Source: Octopus vulgaris (taxonomy: Eukaryota). Taken from it: a stretch of 64,000 nucleotides of DNA. The stretch lies in NCBI GenBank assembly GCA_951406725.2, contig OX597819.1, positions 36,270,001 through 36,334,000 on the forward strand. Direction: 5' to 3'. The position numbers and the translations under genes are program-made. Shown here in pieces: positions 12,984 through 26,394 of this stretch (positions within the stretch are counted from its first letter, which is position 1; each line of letters begins with the position of its first letter). The notes beneath the pieces were generated by a model that worked only from the letters and a program-made list of their open reading frames with translations, was not told the DNA's origin and ran no database searches.

Positions 12984-13557
12984 ATGCACAAGACAATGTT
13001 AATTTGATGGAGTGAGTGAGCTAAAGGACGGCACAGACATATGATCCCTATAAACAAATCATCTGTGCAATTGTGGAACACTGATCTGGTATCTACTGCA
13101 GCAAAGTCCACCAGAACCACTACCACCACCAACACCGCTACCAGTTCTTGTAGTTTATGTGTGGGGGTAAAAGCATCTCCAATGTTTATTTCACCTGTAA
13201 TATAATCTAAAAAAAAAAATAAGGCTTTATTACGATTATGTGAACATTGTTCGAAAATAATTGTTCAAAAACAATTATTTGAAAAACATTTATTTGAATG
13301 GAAAATTGTATGGAAGAAAATTATTCAAAAGGACAATTATATGAAATGTTAATTATTCTAAATTTTTTATTTTATTTAAACAAAAACGATTAAATTAAAT
13401 ATCAAGTTCACAAATGAGATTTATTTCAAATAACTGCTTTTAGAATAATTGCTTTCGAACAATTTTCACAATACTTTTATAACCCTACTGTGTTTTTGCT
13501 TCATAAAAGTGAGTGGGGAAAAACTTTACAGTCTAATGCTATGTATTATCTACAGCC

Positions 13558-14010
13558 CTAAGGCAGCAAACTGGCTGAACTGTTAGCACGGCAGGCTAAA
13601 TGATTAATGGTATTTTGTCCAAGGCGGCGAGCTGGCAGAAATGTTAGCACGCCGGGCGAAATGCTTAGCGGTACTTCGTCTGTGTTACGTTGTGAGTTCA
13701 AATTCCGCCAAGGTCGACTTTGCCTTTCATCCTTTCGGGGTCGATAAATTAAGTACCAGTTACACACTGGGGTCAATGTAATCGACTTAATCTGTTTGTC
13801 TGTCCTTGTTTGTCCTCTCTGTGTTTAGCCCCTTGTGGGTAATAAAGAAATAGGTATTTTGTCCATTTTTCTATTCTGAGTCCAAATTCCGCTGAGGTTG
13901 ACGTTGCCTTTCATCCTTTTGGGGTCAATAAGATAAGTATTAGTTAAGTACTGGGGTTGATGTAATTGATTTCCCCCTCCTCTGAAATTGCTGGTGGAGC
14001 ACTAAGATGT
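13558..14010 (+). mobile_element. Young SINE A (~13621-13852) nested in an older SINE A
   Basis: The 12-bp duplication ggtattttgtcc flanks the inner copy. Confidence 0.85.
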
Positions 14011-14774
14011 GAATCCATTATATGGAACCTTAATTTTTTATTCCTGATTTTGGTTGAACAAAATGTTGTATTATGCATGGATATTTACAGTAATATAAAC
14101 TTGAAACAGACATGTGCTGAGAAAGGAAATTGATCTGATCTTTGGCAGACATGGTAGTAATTCCAGGTATGTTTTGATCTTATCAGAAGTATAATCTTTG
14201 CCATGATGACCAGATCTGTAAATAAGAAATTACTCTAGGTATGTGCAATTATGTATGACAACACAATAACTGAGGGGATTTTACTCAGGAACGCTATCTG
14301 CATGGAAAATAATAAAGTAATTAGTAACATGCTGTGGTACAGTTTGTGTGTGTGTGTATGTGTGTGTGTGTGTGTGTTTGTGTATGTGTGTGTGTGTGTG
14401 TGTGTAAGTGTGTATGTGTGTGTGCTTACTCTTTTACTTGTTTCAGTCATTTGACTGCGGCCATGCTGGAGCACCGCCTTTAATCGAGCAACTCGACCCC
14501 GGGACTTATTCTTTTTGTAAGCCCAGTACTTATTCTATCGGTCTCTTTTGATTAAGTGTTTTTCTTTGTCAAACATATGCGCATATTTTAAAATTACAGT
14601 ATGGTTGATGACATATTCTACAAGCTATGTATTGTAAAGATAAGTATTTGATGAAATATGTCAGAACAAAATCTAAGAGTTATAAGCCATGCATGTTCCG
14701 AGTCAAAAATATTATTACAGCAATAAACATTGGTTACAATCAAACTTTTCAGTATCAAATATGTAGAAACTTAC

Positions 14775-14863
14775 CGGTGCCTTAAGAAAATGATTGAAAT
14801 AATCCCAGAAAACATCGTCATAGGACAGTAGATCTTCTAGGTTTTCTTCTGGAGTTTCAGGTA
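14775..14863 (-). CDS. RGS22: RGS22/RGSL1-like gene, exon (xPETPEENLEDLLSYDDVFWDYFNHFLKAP)
   Basis: Acceptor tttgtatcaacag and donor CCG|gtaagt; phase 1 to 0. The peptide matches the RGS22 N-terminal motif as I recall it (EEEFEDSLATDDFLVDYFNEFLSLP). Family-level call; RGS22 versus RGSL1 is not resolved. Confidence 0.85.
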
Positions 14864-15189
14864 CTGTTGATACAAAAATGGATGTTCAGTAGGGAAACAA
14901 CCAAAAATAGACAATTCTGATATCATATTTCAAAGAAAATTTTGTACATTATGGAGATGTCATCATTCTACACCTACTTTTCCATTCTTGCATGGGTCAG
15001 ATGTAAGTTGTCAAATTGGATTTTCTATGTCTGGATGCCTTTCCTGTTGCCAACCTTCATCTATTTCCAAGCAAGGTAATATTCTCCATGACCAGGCATG
15101 TTACAACTAGCACATGAAGTCAAGGAGACAGAAAACACACATTCATATACACACACACATACACATATACAAATTATATAACATTTTTA

Positions 15190-16544
15190 TGTTTCAAGTT
15201 CTATATGTGACTGCCTAATCATGCCATGTACAAAAGAAGCCTTGGAACTATCTGAATTTCAAAGAGGCTGTATTGTGGGTCATTCTGAAGGTGGATATAG
15301 TCAGTGTAAAACCGTAGGAAACCTTGGGAACATGCGTTCTACAGTTAAAAGTGTGATTGTGCAATTCACCAGAGAGGGGAAGGAGTCCACATCCCCTTGT
15401 TCAGATCAACCAGGGCCCTCTGTTGAGACCCTCCTCTTTGCTAAGAGAAGTGTGAAGGATAATCCTCATTGTAAGGCCTCTGACATAGCAGAACAAGTTG
15501 ATATCAGTCCCATAACAGCTGTCAGGTATCTCCACAAACTTGGTTACTATGACAGAGCAGCAAGAAGGAAGCCACTTCCTTGAGCAGCCAACATCAAATG
15601 GAGAAAAGATTGGGCCAATGAGATGGTGGAGAGGCCACTAGCATTTTGAGATACTGTCATATTTTCTGATGAGTCCAGATTTGCTGTATTTTCTGACAGT
15701 GGTCGAGTGTGGGTCTGGAGACTCTCTGACCAAGAATTTGGTGTTGAAAAGATTACAATGAATTATGAAACATGGCAGCTATTCTGTGATGCTCAATTTA
15801 GAGCAATGGTTGATCAGAGGTAGTAGAGTGTGAGGGAAACATAAACTCAGATAAATATGTGTCCATATTGTAGAAAGGATTCCTTCCAAACTTTTCCAGA
15901 GGTGAAATGATTAAAGATGACTCTCTATTTATGGACAATGGGGCTCCTTGTCACACGGCTAAAATGACCCAGGATTTGTTGGATGAGAATGGCATTAAAA
16001 AGCTTCCATGGCTAAGCCAGTCACCAGTTATGAATCCTTTTGAACACTTCTTTTCTACTCTAAGCACAAGGCTTGAAATTTTTGGGGAGGGGAACAATCA
16101 ATTAGATCAACCACAATATGCAACTGGTACTTAATTTATCAACCCCAAAAGGATGAAAGGCAAAGTCGACCTCGGTGGAATTTGAACTTAGAACATAAAG
16201 ACAGACGAAATACCACTAAGCATTTTGTCCGGCATGCTAACATTTCTGCCAGCTCACTGCCTTACCTCTGGGACATAATGGGCAGGACACTTCATAAAAA
16301 GAACAAGAAAACATCTTCAAAGCCAGATCTTTTGAGATTACTGCATGAAACTTGGTAAGAAATTCCACAAGAGAATATTTGTCATCTGATCATGTCTAAT
16401 AGGATCCTTGCATTGGAAATTGCAAAGGGCATGTTTACTAAATATTAAATATTTACATTATAACAATTAATAAATAATTTGAATGTATAATTTCAGATTT
16501 AAATAAATTTTGGTGATTATAAGGGTGTCTATTTACTTCTGTCA

Positions 16545-16545
<1 letters not shown>
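15190..16545 (+). mobile_element. Tc1 (DD34E) transposon, pseudogenised
   Basis: [14 protein letters not shown] region, RAARRKP, VIFSDESRF, MDNGAPCH, W.SQSP..NPFEH; stops and a SINE insertion. Confidence 0.85.
16050..16263 (-). mobile_element. SINE family A inserted into a Tc1 element
   Basis: Interrupts the transposase after NPFEH. Confidence 0.85.
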
Positions 16546-16600
<55 letters not shown>

Positions 16601-17996
16601 CATGATGACTGTGTGGGTGTGTGCATGTGTGTATTGGAAGTTAAAGTAGTAGAACTAACTGGAGGGTATGATACTGAGTCAGACTGAATTCTTTACATTA
16701 TTTACTTCAATGCTGTAATTTGAAATTAAAATAAAGCCATAACAGCTGATTTTGATTTATATCTCTTTGATGTGAATTAAATATCAAAAAAATTTCAAAA
16801 TTGCTTTAACCCTCTACAAAAGAGCGGGTTCTGATTCGTCCAAAGTTCTAATCCTTTAATCTTATACAGCTCACATAGAGTCATAAAAGTCAATATATTT
16901 CAAGCTAGTGGTGTTTATATTACGAAGCTTATAATCAACAATGTTTTCGACTAGTGGAGTTTATAACATAAAAACATGAGAGATAAATAATTTTGCACAG
17001 AGGAAGATAGTCTATGTCAGTTTTAGGGTTAGGGTTAGTTAGAGTTAGTTAGGATTAGGGGTGGGGGGAAGGGTATTTTTTTTCTGTGCCGTATGAATAT
17101 GTCCCTCGTTTAAGAAACAGATTGGGTTTATTTTTACATTTGTGAAGAAAAAAAGATACCCTTCCCCCCACCCCTAGCCCTAACCCTAACCCTAACTCTA
17201 ACTAACCCTAACTAACTAACTCTAACTAACCCTAACTAACCCTAACCCTAAAACAGAATGAAATGCAATAGATCGATACTAGGGTCATAATTATGGGTGA
17301 CAATTTCATATGACACTGCTAGAAAAAACTGCTGTTCAAACCGAAGAGATCCAAATAAATAATAAACATGAAGTATGAAGGTTATTAGGATTCTCCTCAG
17401 CTTTGACGAAACAACTGTCACAAGATCTCTTAAAAATCTAAGCATCTCATACAAAGCTAACATCCATGTAAACTTTGCAATAAATATTAAAAATTGCAAG
17501 ATACCCTGTTACAAACCAGTTACTTATTTCTGTATGTGAAGCTTATTAAGTATTACTTAAAAAAAAATTGATAACTGTATCTACTGGTTTATCGATTTAA
17601 GCTGAAATATGATCAATACAATCTAAGTGAACATAATTAAGGTACAGAACACAGTATAACAATACAACACTGTTTTGAAAATATTACCACTCCCACCAGA
17701 ACAAATAATAAAACATAGATACACAAGCAAAATAACCACAATATCAATAGTTACATTAAGTCCAGACATTGAACTGTATTGACAAACTGGTTTCTAAGGA
17801 ATTCCAAGTACTCAACAAATGTAATAATGAAAATGGGTCCATATTATTGACCCAAGTTGATTCTGCTTTGAGCAGAATTTGAGTGGTTCAAAATAACTTT
17901 TTTTTTTTCTTGCTTTTAGTCAGGAGGGAAGGGCAGTGCTCATGACCCTCTATGTTGTCTCTGAGACTGGAAGAAATGACAGAGGGTGGAAGGAAT

Positions 17997-18432
17997 GGAT
18001 CTTTTTAGTTTGAACGGCAGTTTTTTCTAGCAGTGTCATATGAAATTGTCACCCATAATTATGACCCTAGTATCGATCTATTGCATTTCAATCTGTTTTA
18101 GGGTTAGGCTTAGTTAGGGTTAGGGTTAGGGGTGGGGGGAAGGGTATCTTTTTTTCTTCACAAATGTAAATAAACCCAATCTGTTTCTTAAACGAGAGAC
18201 ATATTCATACGGCACAGAATGTTTTTTACCTCAATGGACGTCATTGATTGGTTGAAATTGCAGAAATTGAAGAATAAAAAAAAAAACAAATATCTAACAA
18301 ACTATAGAATTTTCTCAATAAATCCAAGAGAAAAACATGCTTTATAAACACATTCTACCAGTATATGAAGTTTCAAATTTTTTAGTTACCTAGAAATTAT
18401 GTTAAAAACTGCCGTTCAAACTGAAAAGATCC
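17997..18432 (+). mobile_element. Merlin-like MITE carrying TTAGGG repeats
   Basis: TIR consensus GGATCTTTTCGGTTTGAACGGCAGTTTTT; 8-bp TSD gaaggaat. Confidence 0.85.
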
Positions 18433-20194
18433 GAAGGAATTCTAAAACTGGAGACCTGGCCCGAATGTGTGCAACTGTGTATACTGGGTGCACTTTATCA
18501 CGGCACCAGCACTAGGGAGTTACTTTACACTCACAAGACAAATGGGGATGACTTACCACAGCTCTACCTTGTCTCCATTCATATGGGGCAAGTGACTAAT
18601 TCAGTTGGTAGAAAAATGGGTGATTGCAGAACATAAACTAGGATGAAATAAGCCAGAGCATGAAGTAGGAGACAGAGTGATTGAGGTGATAGTGCAGAGG
18701 AGGAGGAAGGAAAGAGCGAGAGAGTGACAGTGCTTGAGGAAGTAATAGAAGAGATAGTAATAACAGGTTGATATTACAGATACAGTAATGGCAGGGGTGA
18801 ATAGTAGAGAGGAAACAACAGGTTATTGTAAAAATAGTTGGTGGTAAAAGTGTTATTGATGACAATAACAAGCTACCTGGAGAAGAACAATAGAAGAGTA
18901 ATGTTAACATGTAAGAAAAGGCACAAAGGATGAGTATCCATGAGGGTAATTTTTAGAGTGTGAGGGAGAACTGAGGGAGAGGGTGTGAAGACAAGTGGGA
19001 GGAAAAGTATGGGGTCTAGTACAGTCCTGTTTTAATCAGGTATTGTGAGGACAGAGACACTAATGGTATCTAAATATTTGCTGGTAGGAGAGAGAGAGGG
19101 GGGAGAAAGAGAAAGAGAGAGAAAGTGAGAGAAAGAGAGAGAGAGAGAGATACCTATTTCTTTACTACTCACAAGGGGCTAAACAGAGAGGACAAACAAG
19201 GACAGACAAACGGATTAAGTCGATTATATCTACCCCAGTGCGTAACTGGTACTTAATTTATCAACCCTGAAAGGATGAAAGGCAAAGTCGAGAGAGAGAT
19301 ACCAGCAAATCAGAAGCAATCATTCATTGCTTAGCCATTATCATGAAAATAGACACTAAATGATGGTGGGAGGTAGGAGAGGAAATTCTCTATAAGATGG
19401 AGACCTGATCTGAATGCATGCAACAGGGCAGACTCCATTGAGGGCAACCGAGATAGCATTAGACCAAGTGATAGATGAAATCTTTCACCCTGATAGGGTA
19501 TGGCAAGATTCAAACTCAGAGCATGCAGAAAGCTGGAACAAATACCAAAATGCATCTGATCTGTCATGCTTTTAGTTTAACCAATTTGCTGCCCTGGATT
19601 GGTATATTTTATTGGGCATCAAAAAGGTGAGAGGCAAAGTTGAACTCAGCAGGATGTGAACTCAGAGTGGAGAGAGTCAGAACTAATAACATGCGCTATT
19701 CTATCTGATGCAGTAACAGCTCTGTTTATTTATCACCTGTACACCTCCACACAACTGCATGCACATGCACACACATGCATACTCATGCATATACACACTT
19801 GTGCATGCATGCACGTGCACACACATTCATATGCGTGTGTGTGGGCGTGTGTATGTGTGTGTGCATATGTGCATGCACCAAAGGTGTCATTTCCATTTCT
19901 TGCTTGAAGTTGCCTCACCAAAATAAATGATGTTGCTATGTCTAATTTTCTTCTGATTATTACATCCTATAGCTCTGTACCATTGAAACAGCATAATGAA
20001 ATGAAACTCTCCTTATTTGTGAAACAAGCAGGAAATGGTTGACAACAGGAAGAACATCAAGCCATAAAAATACTGCCTTGAAAAGTGTCCATCCGACCTA
20101 GGTTTACATAGAACATAGAAAATGGATGTAAAATGACATGGTTTTTATAACAAACATTTGTTTTGAAAACCATGTTTAGTTTTTTTCTTTTTCT

Positions 20195-20633
20195 TGCATG
20201 CATGCATTTATACATACATACATACATACATACATACATACATACATACATGCATACATGCATATATACATACATACATACATACATACAAGCATACATA
20301 CATACATGCATACATACATGCATACATACATATATACATACATACATACATACATACATACATGCATACATACATACATGCATACATACATATATACATA
20401 CATACATACATATATATACATACATGCATACATACATACATACATGCATGCATACATACATACATACATACATACATACATACATGCAAACATACATACG
20501 TATGTACGTACATACATACATACATACATGCATGCATGCATACATACATGCATACATGCATACATGCATACATACATACATACATGCATACATACATACA
20601 TACACACACACACACTACACACACACATACACA

Positions 20634-20717
<84 letters not shown>
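20195..20717. repeat. Compound (TACA)n/(CA)n/(TA)n microsatellite
   Basis: Seen directly; source of the spurious HTYI/MYVC ORFs. Confidence 0.98.
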
Positions 20718-20889
20718 CAAGAGTTATGAAATAGAGTTGGGGAAATCTGGGCTATATATGTTTCATGGCAAGTGGAACCGCAGAATTGGTCAAATCCAAG
20801 TGAGGTATTTACTGCAGGCTGCTACTCTTCAAGGTTGGGATATCTTGTTTAGATTAAATGCTATATTGTTGCAAGGAGGTACATGTTGA

Positions 20890-21290
20890 CATAGAGATTC
20901 AATCTTTCTATCAACATGTAACTTCTTACGACATTGTAGCTTTTAACCTAATCAAGATATCCTTAGCCTGAAGAGTAACCAGCAGTATATACTTCACTTG
21001 AATTTTACCACTTTTGAGGTTCCACTCACTATGGAACATATGTAGTCTGGATTTCCCATGCTCCCTTCTGTAACTCTTGTATTCTTTCTCATACACTCGG
21101 CAACCCTAGTTGCCTACTGAGGAATATAAAAAGAACTTTTCTTCAGCTCATCATTCTTCGATAAAAGAAAAAAGATCTGCAACCTTCTGTCTCAATAAAC
21201 CACTATTATTCCTGAAAATTATTTGTTTATATTCACTATGGATTACTCAAAGCTAACTTTCTTCCTACTCCTTGATCCCTGGATCTTACA

Positions 21291-21295
<5 letters not shown>
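20890..21295 (+). mobile_element. Penelope-like relic with decayed hammerhead
   Basis: CTGAAGA (20968-74) ... GGAA-CATATG-TA (21033-44), ending at (TA)n. Confidence 0.4.
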
Positions 21296-21353
<58 letters not shown>

Positions 21354-21489
21354 GCTAAGCAGTCTGTTTTTGCCATGCAATTTTCACAATAAAATATATT
21401 TATTTCAATTTTTTATTCCAGGTCTGACCATACCTTTCCTGATAGATAGGCCTCTTGATCAGGATGTATTTCTGCGTTATATGGACCAA

Positions 21490-21960
21490 TTTAAGTTAAG
21501 TTAAGTTAAGTTAATTTTTTGGCTCAAAAAGCAAAAAGCAAGGCCATGTAGGGGGACACAGAGTTATGTACAGGGAGGGTGTTCATGCAAAGAGTTCAGG
21601 CCATTTCTGGTCAAGAGAGACTTTGAACTGAGCGGTCGTCGGCATCTTCCCTATCTTGTCCGGCAGCTTATTCCACGGATCCGCAACCCGGACGGAGAAA
21701 GTCCCACTCCTTCGAGAGCAGGAGTGAAGAACAGCTCTTTCGAGAGGTTACAATTTCCGCTTATGATGTTGTGAGCAAGAATGAGATCACCACGGCGTCG
21801 TCGTTTTTCTAGAGAATAAAGGTCGAGTGTCTTCAGCCTTTCTTCATAAGACAAATGCTTGAGACCAAGAACCATGCGGGTAGCCAGCTTCTGAACTCTT
21901 TCGAGATGATGTATGTCTTTGAGGAGATAAGGAGAAGAGGCTTGAATCCTGTACTCCATT
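21490..21960 (-). mobile_element. CR1-clade LINE, 5'-truncated 3' end
   Basis: Same peptide (ORF 21651..21959); tail (CTTAA)n. Confidence 0.9.
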
Positions 21961-22352
21961 AAACTAAGTTGTTTGTTTTTCCTTTTGGTGCATAGACGTA
22001 AAGATTTTCCTTACTTCCTGTGCTTGGACATCCAATGTAAAGCTGACTGTTGGTGAAACAAAGCTCTTCAAGGTGTAAACAGGCAATAGAAAATATTTGC
22101 CCTTGTGATTTGCCGATGATCATGGCAAAACTAAGACTCACAGGAAATTGAAGGCATTTGAATTGAAGTGCACCAGTCCCCTGAATTTGTATGATGGAGG
22201 CTCTTGTGCATATATCATCTAATTGGTGTATCCTATGCTCGAGTGTTTTCTGAGACTGTGCAACAGTGATTTTCCATTCCTTTGCTGTTTGGGTGTCACC
22301 TGAACTCCCTGTTGATGCTTTGTAAGGGTCTTTCAACTCACTCACCCTAATG

Positions 22353-22384
<32 letters not shown>

Positions 22385-22659
22385 GCACACACACACACAA
22401 ACATACACACAAACATACACATGCTCAGCATCAGACATAAACATATACAGAGGAGAGAAAGAGAGTGATAAATATATATATATATAGAGAGGGAAGTTTA
22501 CAACGAGAAAAGCATAAAAGACAGAGGGATAGACAGATAGAGAGAGATACATAAACAGATGCGATCATCTCCTGTGACTGATTTGTATTACATGTCATAT
22601 CAAGAGAGAGGTGGGGAGCAACATGCATGATATATATATACATATATATGTATATATAT

Positions 22660-22779
22660 CACTGTGATCACTGTGACCGACCAGTCTATCAGATGTTGCT
22701 ATACATTGCTGGTCACAATGCGCTTCACATTGTTTTAGCCTTCAAATAATGCCACTCCACTGACTAAGCGAGCAAGCCA
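22660..22779 (-). mobile_element. ~120-nt structured element within (TA)n
   Basis: Same boundaries as the copy at 44310-44429. Confidence 0.75.
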
Positions 22780-22799
22780 TATATATATATATATATATA

Positions 22800-23145
22800 T
22801 ACCATCCGTTCGCGGCCGTTTGCCAGCTCTGTCTGGCCCCCGTGTCGGTGGCACGTAAAAGCACCATCCGTTCATGTCCGTTGCCAGCCTCGCCTGGCCC
22901 CCGTGCCGGTGACACGTAAAAGCACCATCCGTTCGTGGCCGTTTGCCAGCTCTGTCTGGCACCTGTGCGGGTGGCATGTAAAAAGCACCCACTACACTCA
23001 CGGAGTGGTTGGCGTTAGGAAGGGCATCCAGCCGTAGAAACACTGCCAGATGAAGCCTTCCAGCTTCACAGACCCCAGTTGAACCGTCCAACCCATGCTA
23101 GCATGGAAAACGGATGCTAAATGATGATGATGATGATGATGATGA
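22800..23145 (+). mobile_element. RTE-clade LINE 3' UTR fragment with internal ~60-bp repeats
   Basis: ggcgttaggaagggcatccagccgtagaaa...(GAT)n. Confidence 0.8.
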
Positions 23146-23186
23146 TATATATATATATGCATATATATATATGCATATATATATAC

Positions 23187-23259
<73 letters not shown>

Positions 23260-23594
23260 GACAGAGAGTGTGTGTGTAATAAATATATATAGTGAGAGGA
23301 AAAGCATAAAAGACGGAGAGACAGACAGATAACAAGAGGTAGATAGACAGACAGTTACAAGATGTGACACACAAGATTATACAAATGTACACACTTAGGT
23401 AATGATGAGTTTTAAGATGATGGCTTATAAAGCCATTCAATGTTGGCAATCTGGAAGTTGTGTTGTTTCTGGTATCAAATTATAATTTTTGATTACTAAT
23501 AATCAAAAACCTTCTCCTTGGAATGCAGATTACAAAAATCAAATACGTTTTTCAATAAGGTATACCATTGTGGAGCCTTTCAGTGTCATATGCT

Positions 23595-23778
23595 TATACA
23601 TACATGCATACATACATAATACATACATACACACACATACATACATACATACATACATACATACATACATACATACATACATACATACATACATACACAC
23701 ACATACACATATATATATACATACATACATACACACATACATACATACACACATACATACATACATACATACATACAC

Positions 23779-23809
<31 letters not shown>

Positions 23810-24041
23810 TACATACATACATACACACACACATACATACATACATACATACATACACACACACATGCATACATACATACATACATACATACATACATAC
23901 AAACATAAATACATACATACATACATACATACATAGATACATACATACATACATACATACATACATACATACATACATACATACATACATACATACATAC
24001 ATACATACATACATACATACATACATACATACATACATACA
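23595..24041. repeat. (TACA)n microsatellite
   Basis: Seen directly. Confidence 0.98.
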
Positions 24042-24099
24042 CCCTCGTTTATAAATATATATACTCAGCAAGTACACCATTTAAAAACTTTACAGGTTT

Positions 24100-24742
24100 G
24101 TTTTTGGATAAATATTCATTAGCTCTATTTACAAAATCATAAGTACTATCCTTTTTCTAGACATATTGACGATCCCTGTTTTACTTTAGCACTAGTTTTA
24201 TTTTCTACTATTTATACACCCTGGTACCCCTATATAAAGAGATAACTCACAAGTAATTTCTCTAGTTCATTTGCTAGTTCACTCTTTTGCCTATCGACTT
24301 CAAGCTTCACATTGCAAAATGGTATGATTCTAATATATTGAGCTGTCTGGCCCCATCTCAAGGCCCTGTTCTTTCCCCTTCCTTCTTCCCTTCTTTTATT
24401 TTATGCATTTTTATTTACTCTGATAAAGCTCCATGTACTAGGTCGAATGTGGTATAAAGAGGACGAATATTATTTTTGGAATTTTCTTTGTAAACTTTGA
24501 CTGACATATCGGCAACAGAAACAGCTGTAAGAAATGTTATGTTATGTTTTGTATCAAAAAATGATTAACCGATGTTGGTGAATTTGTTTGTTTGTTGATC
24601 AAAAGTTTTCTCCGTTTTCTGTTTATTTAAATTACTGATAAACTTTTGTCTATTCTGTTATTACCTGTACCCTATGAGCATAGTGTGCTTGCATACCCAT
24701 GTCCAGGGTTAACATAGGTTATTTCAACCGCTAACTCTACTT

Positions 24743-24745
<3 letters not shown>
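24100..24745 (+). mobile_element. Penelope-like relic with decayed hammerhead
   Basis: CTGATAA (24420-26) ... GAAA-CAGCTG-TA (24518-29), ending at a long (TA)n. Boundaries approximate. Confidence 0.5.
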
Positions 24746-24832
<87 letters not shown>

Positions 24833-24885
24833 TGAATTGAAGAAATGGAGTTGAACGAAGATTGAACAGAAATCGTTTTATTGCA

Positions 24886-24965
24886 TTCTACACGTGTTTC
24901 GAAAGGCACAATTTACCAAATTCCGATTGAATAATGAGACCATATTGTGTCTTTCTCTTCAGGAA
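24886..24965 (-). ncRNA. Minimal type I hammerhead ribozyme, mirror copy in the left palindrome arm
   Basis: Reverse complement of 25149-25228. Confidence 0.8.
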
Positions 24966-25148
24966 GAAATAAGAAATCCGTTGGTAAAAACAAAAACAGA
25001 ACAGAGGCGCAGCAAAACAAATCGAACGAGGCTCCTAAGAGCCCATGGCCAAACTCAGAGTTTGGCCATGGGCTCTTAGGAGCCTCGTTCGATTTGTTTT
25101 ACTCCGCCTCTGTTCTGTTTTTGTTTATTCCAACGGATTTCTTATTTC

Positions 25149-25228
25149 TTCCTGAAGAGAAAGACACAATATGGTCTCATTATTCAATCGGAATTTGGTA
25201 AATTGTGCCTTTCGAAACACGTGTAGAA
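25149..25228 (+). ncRNA. Minimal type I hammerhead ribozyme (Penelope-like pLTR)
   Basis: ttc-CTGAAGA(25152-58), stem II gaaagacacaat/attgtgcctttc, GAAA(25214-17), C-ACGT-G, TA(25224-25), gaa. All core nucleotides are present and loop III is palindromic. Confidence 0.8.
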
Positions 25229-25443
25229 TGCAATAAAACGATTTCTGTTCAATCTTCGTTCAACTCCATTTCTTCAATTCACTAATAATATTAAAATTCA
25301 ATTATCCACACCAACGCACGGTTGCAACACCATATGGTTGTACCTCCAACCGTGCTGTCTTCTGCTGTGATTTTTGCTACCAAGGTATCGGTTAAACTTT
25401 TGATTAATCTGCAACAAGATTATTCATCTTTCTTTTTCAAAAA

Positions 25444-25474
<31 letters not shown>

Positions 25475-25705
25475 AAATTAAAAATTTTAATAATTTAAAT
25501 ATTAAATTTTATATTTTATATATATATATTATATATTATATTAATTATATTTATTTTTTGTTTTTTATGTTTTGGTTTATGTCTATCACTGTTTGAGTTG
25601 CCTAATAGTGGTTTTATCTCTAATTTAATTTATATATATATATATATATATATAATTTTATATTAAAGTCAAGGATTACTCTACACATTTGGTACAATAC
25701 AAATT

Positions 25706-25970
25706 TATTGTTCTTTAACTAGAATCGTATTGACAGTAACTCTGAAGATTCAGCAAGCTAAACTTCATCATTGGACTATAAATCATTTAAGTTCATCTTG
25801 GCTTTATATAGTCTCTGTTAAGTTAAAATTTTCTAAGGTAACCTCCTCAGTTTTGTTGAACAGTAATGATGCTGTATGTTAGGTTGTGGTGGTAAGATGG
25901 TATGTCTAATGATGGTTTAGTTGCTGAAACTTCAAAGTTGCTGTCAACACTATTCTTGTTAAAGAATAAT
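25706..25970. mobile_element. Foldback/MITE with ~55-bp imperfect inverted termini
   Basis: ttctttaactagaatcgtattgacagtaactctgaagattcagcaa / ttgctgaaacttcaaagttgctgtcaacactattcttgttaaagaa. Confidence 0.65.
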
Positions 25971-26335
25971 ACATACATACATACATACATACATACATAC
26001 ATACATACATACATACTGAAATTGCGAAGATGATCCGGTTCTTGACTGAAGATAAAAGGCTTCGAATGACCCGTCCGTGTTTTTTGTATTGTCTATCTGG
26101 ATGTTTTGTTGTCCCCTTTTGTACCATCTAGTTGTCCGGATGTTTTGCATTCTTGTCCCATTTTGTATTTTATTTTATATATATATATATATAGCGGCGT
26201 ACGTATATTTTGTTCTCTTATATGTACATACATACATACATACATACATACATACATACATACATACATACATACATACATACATACATACATACGTACA
26301 TACATACGTACATACATACATACATGCATACATAC

Positions 26336-26394
<59 letters not shown>

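Larger units (their letters stand above)
24827..25445 (+). mobile_element. Penelope-like element remnant: pLTR with inverted partial copy, between (TA)n tracts
   Basis: 230-bp inverted arms around a 1-nt spacer at 25057. The right arm extends ~160 bp further to a TA tract and carries the hammerhead core. Confidence 0.7.

Noticed and set aside
17170-17250. True telomere or chromosome-fusion site
   Set aside because: The repeats are short, degenerate and internal to a multicopy MITE.
25742-25945. CTGAAGA...GAAAC as a hammerhead
   Set aside because: Explained by the element's inverted termini; no proper stem III/UH or stem I.
26015-26175. CTGAAGA...cgaa as a hammerhead
   Set aside because: Lacks GAAA-stem III-UH; probably a repeat fragment.
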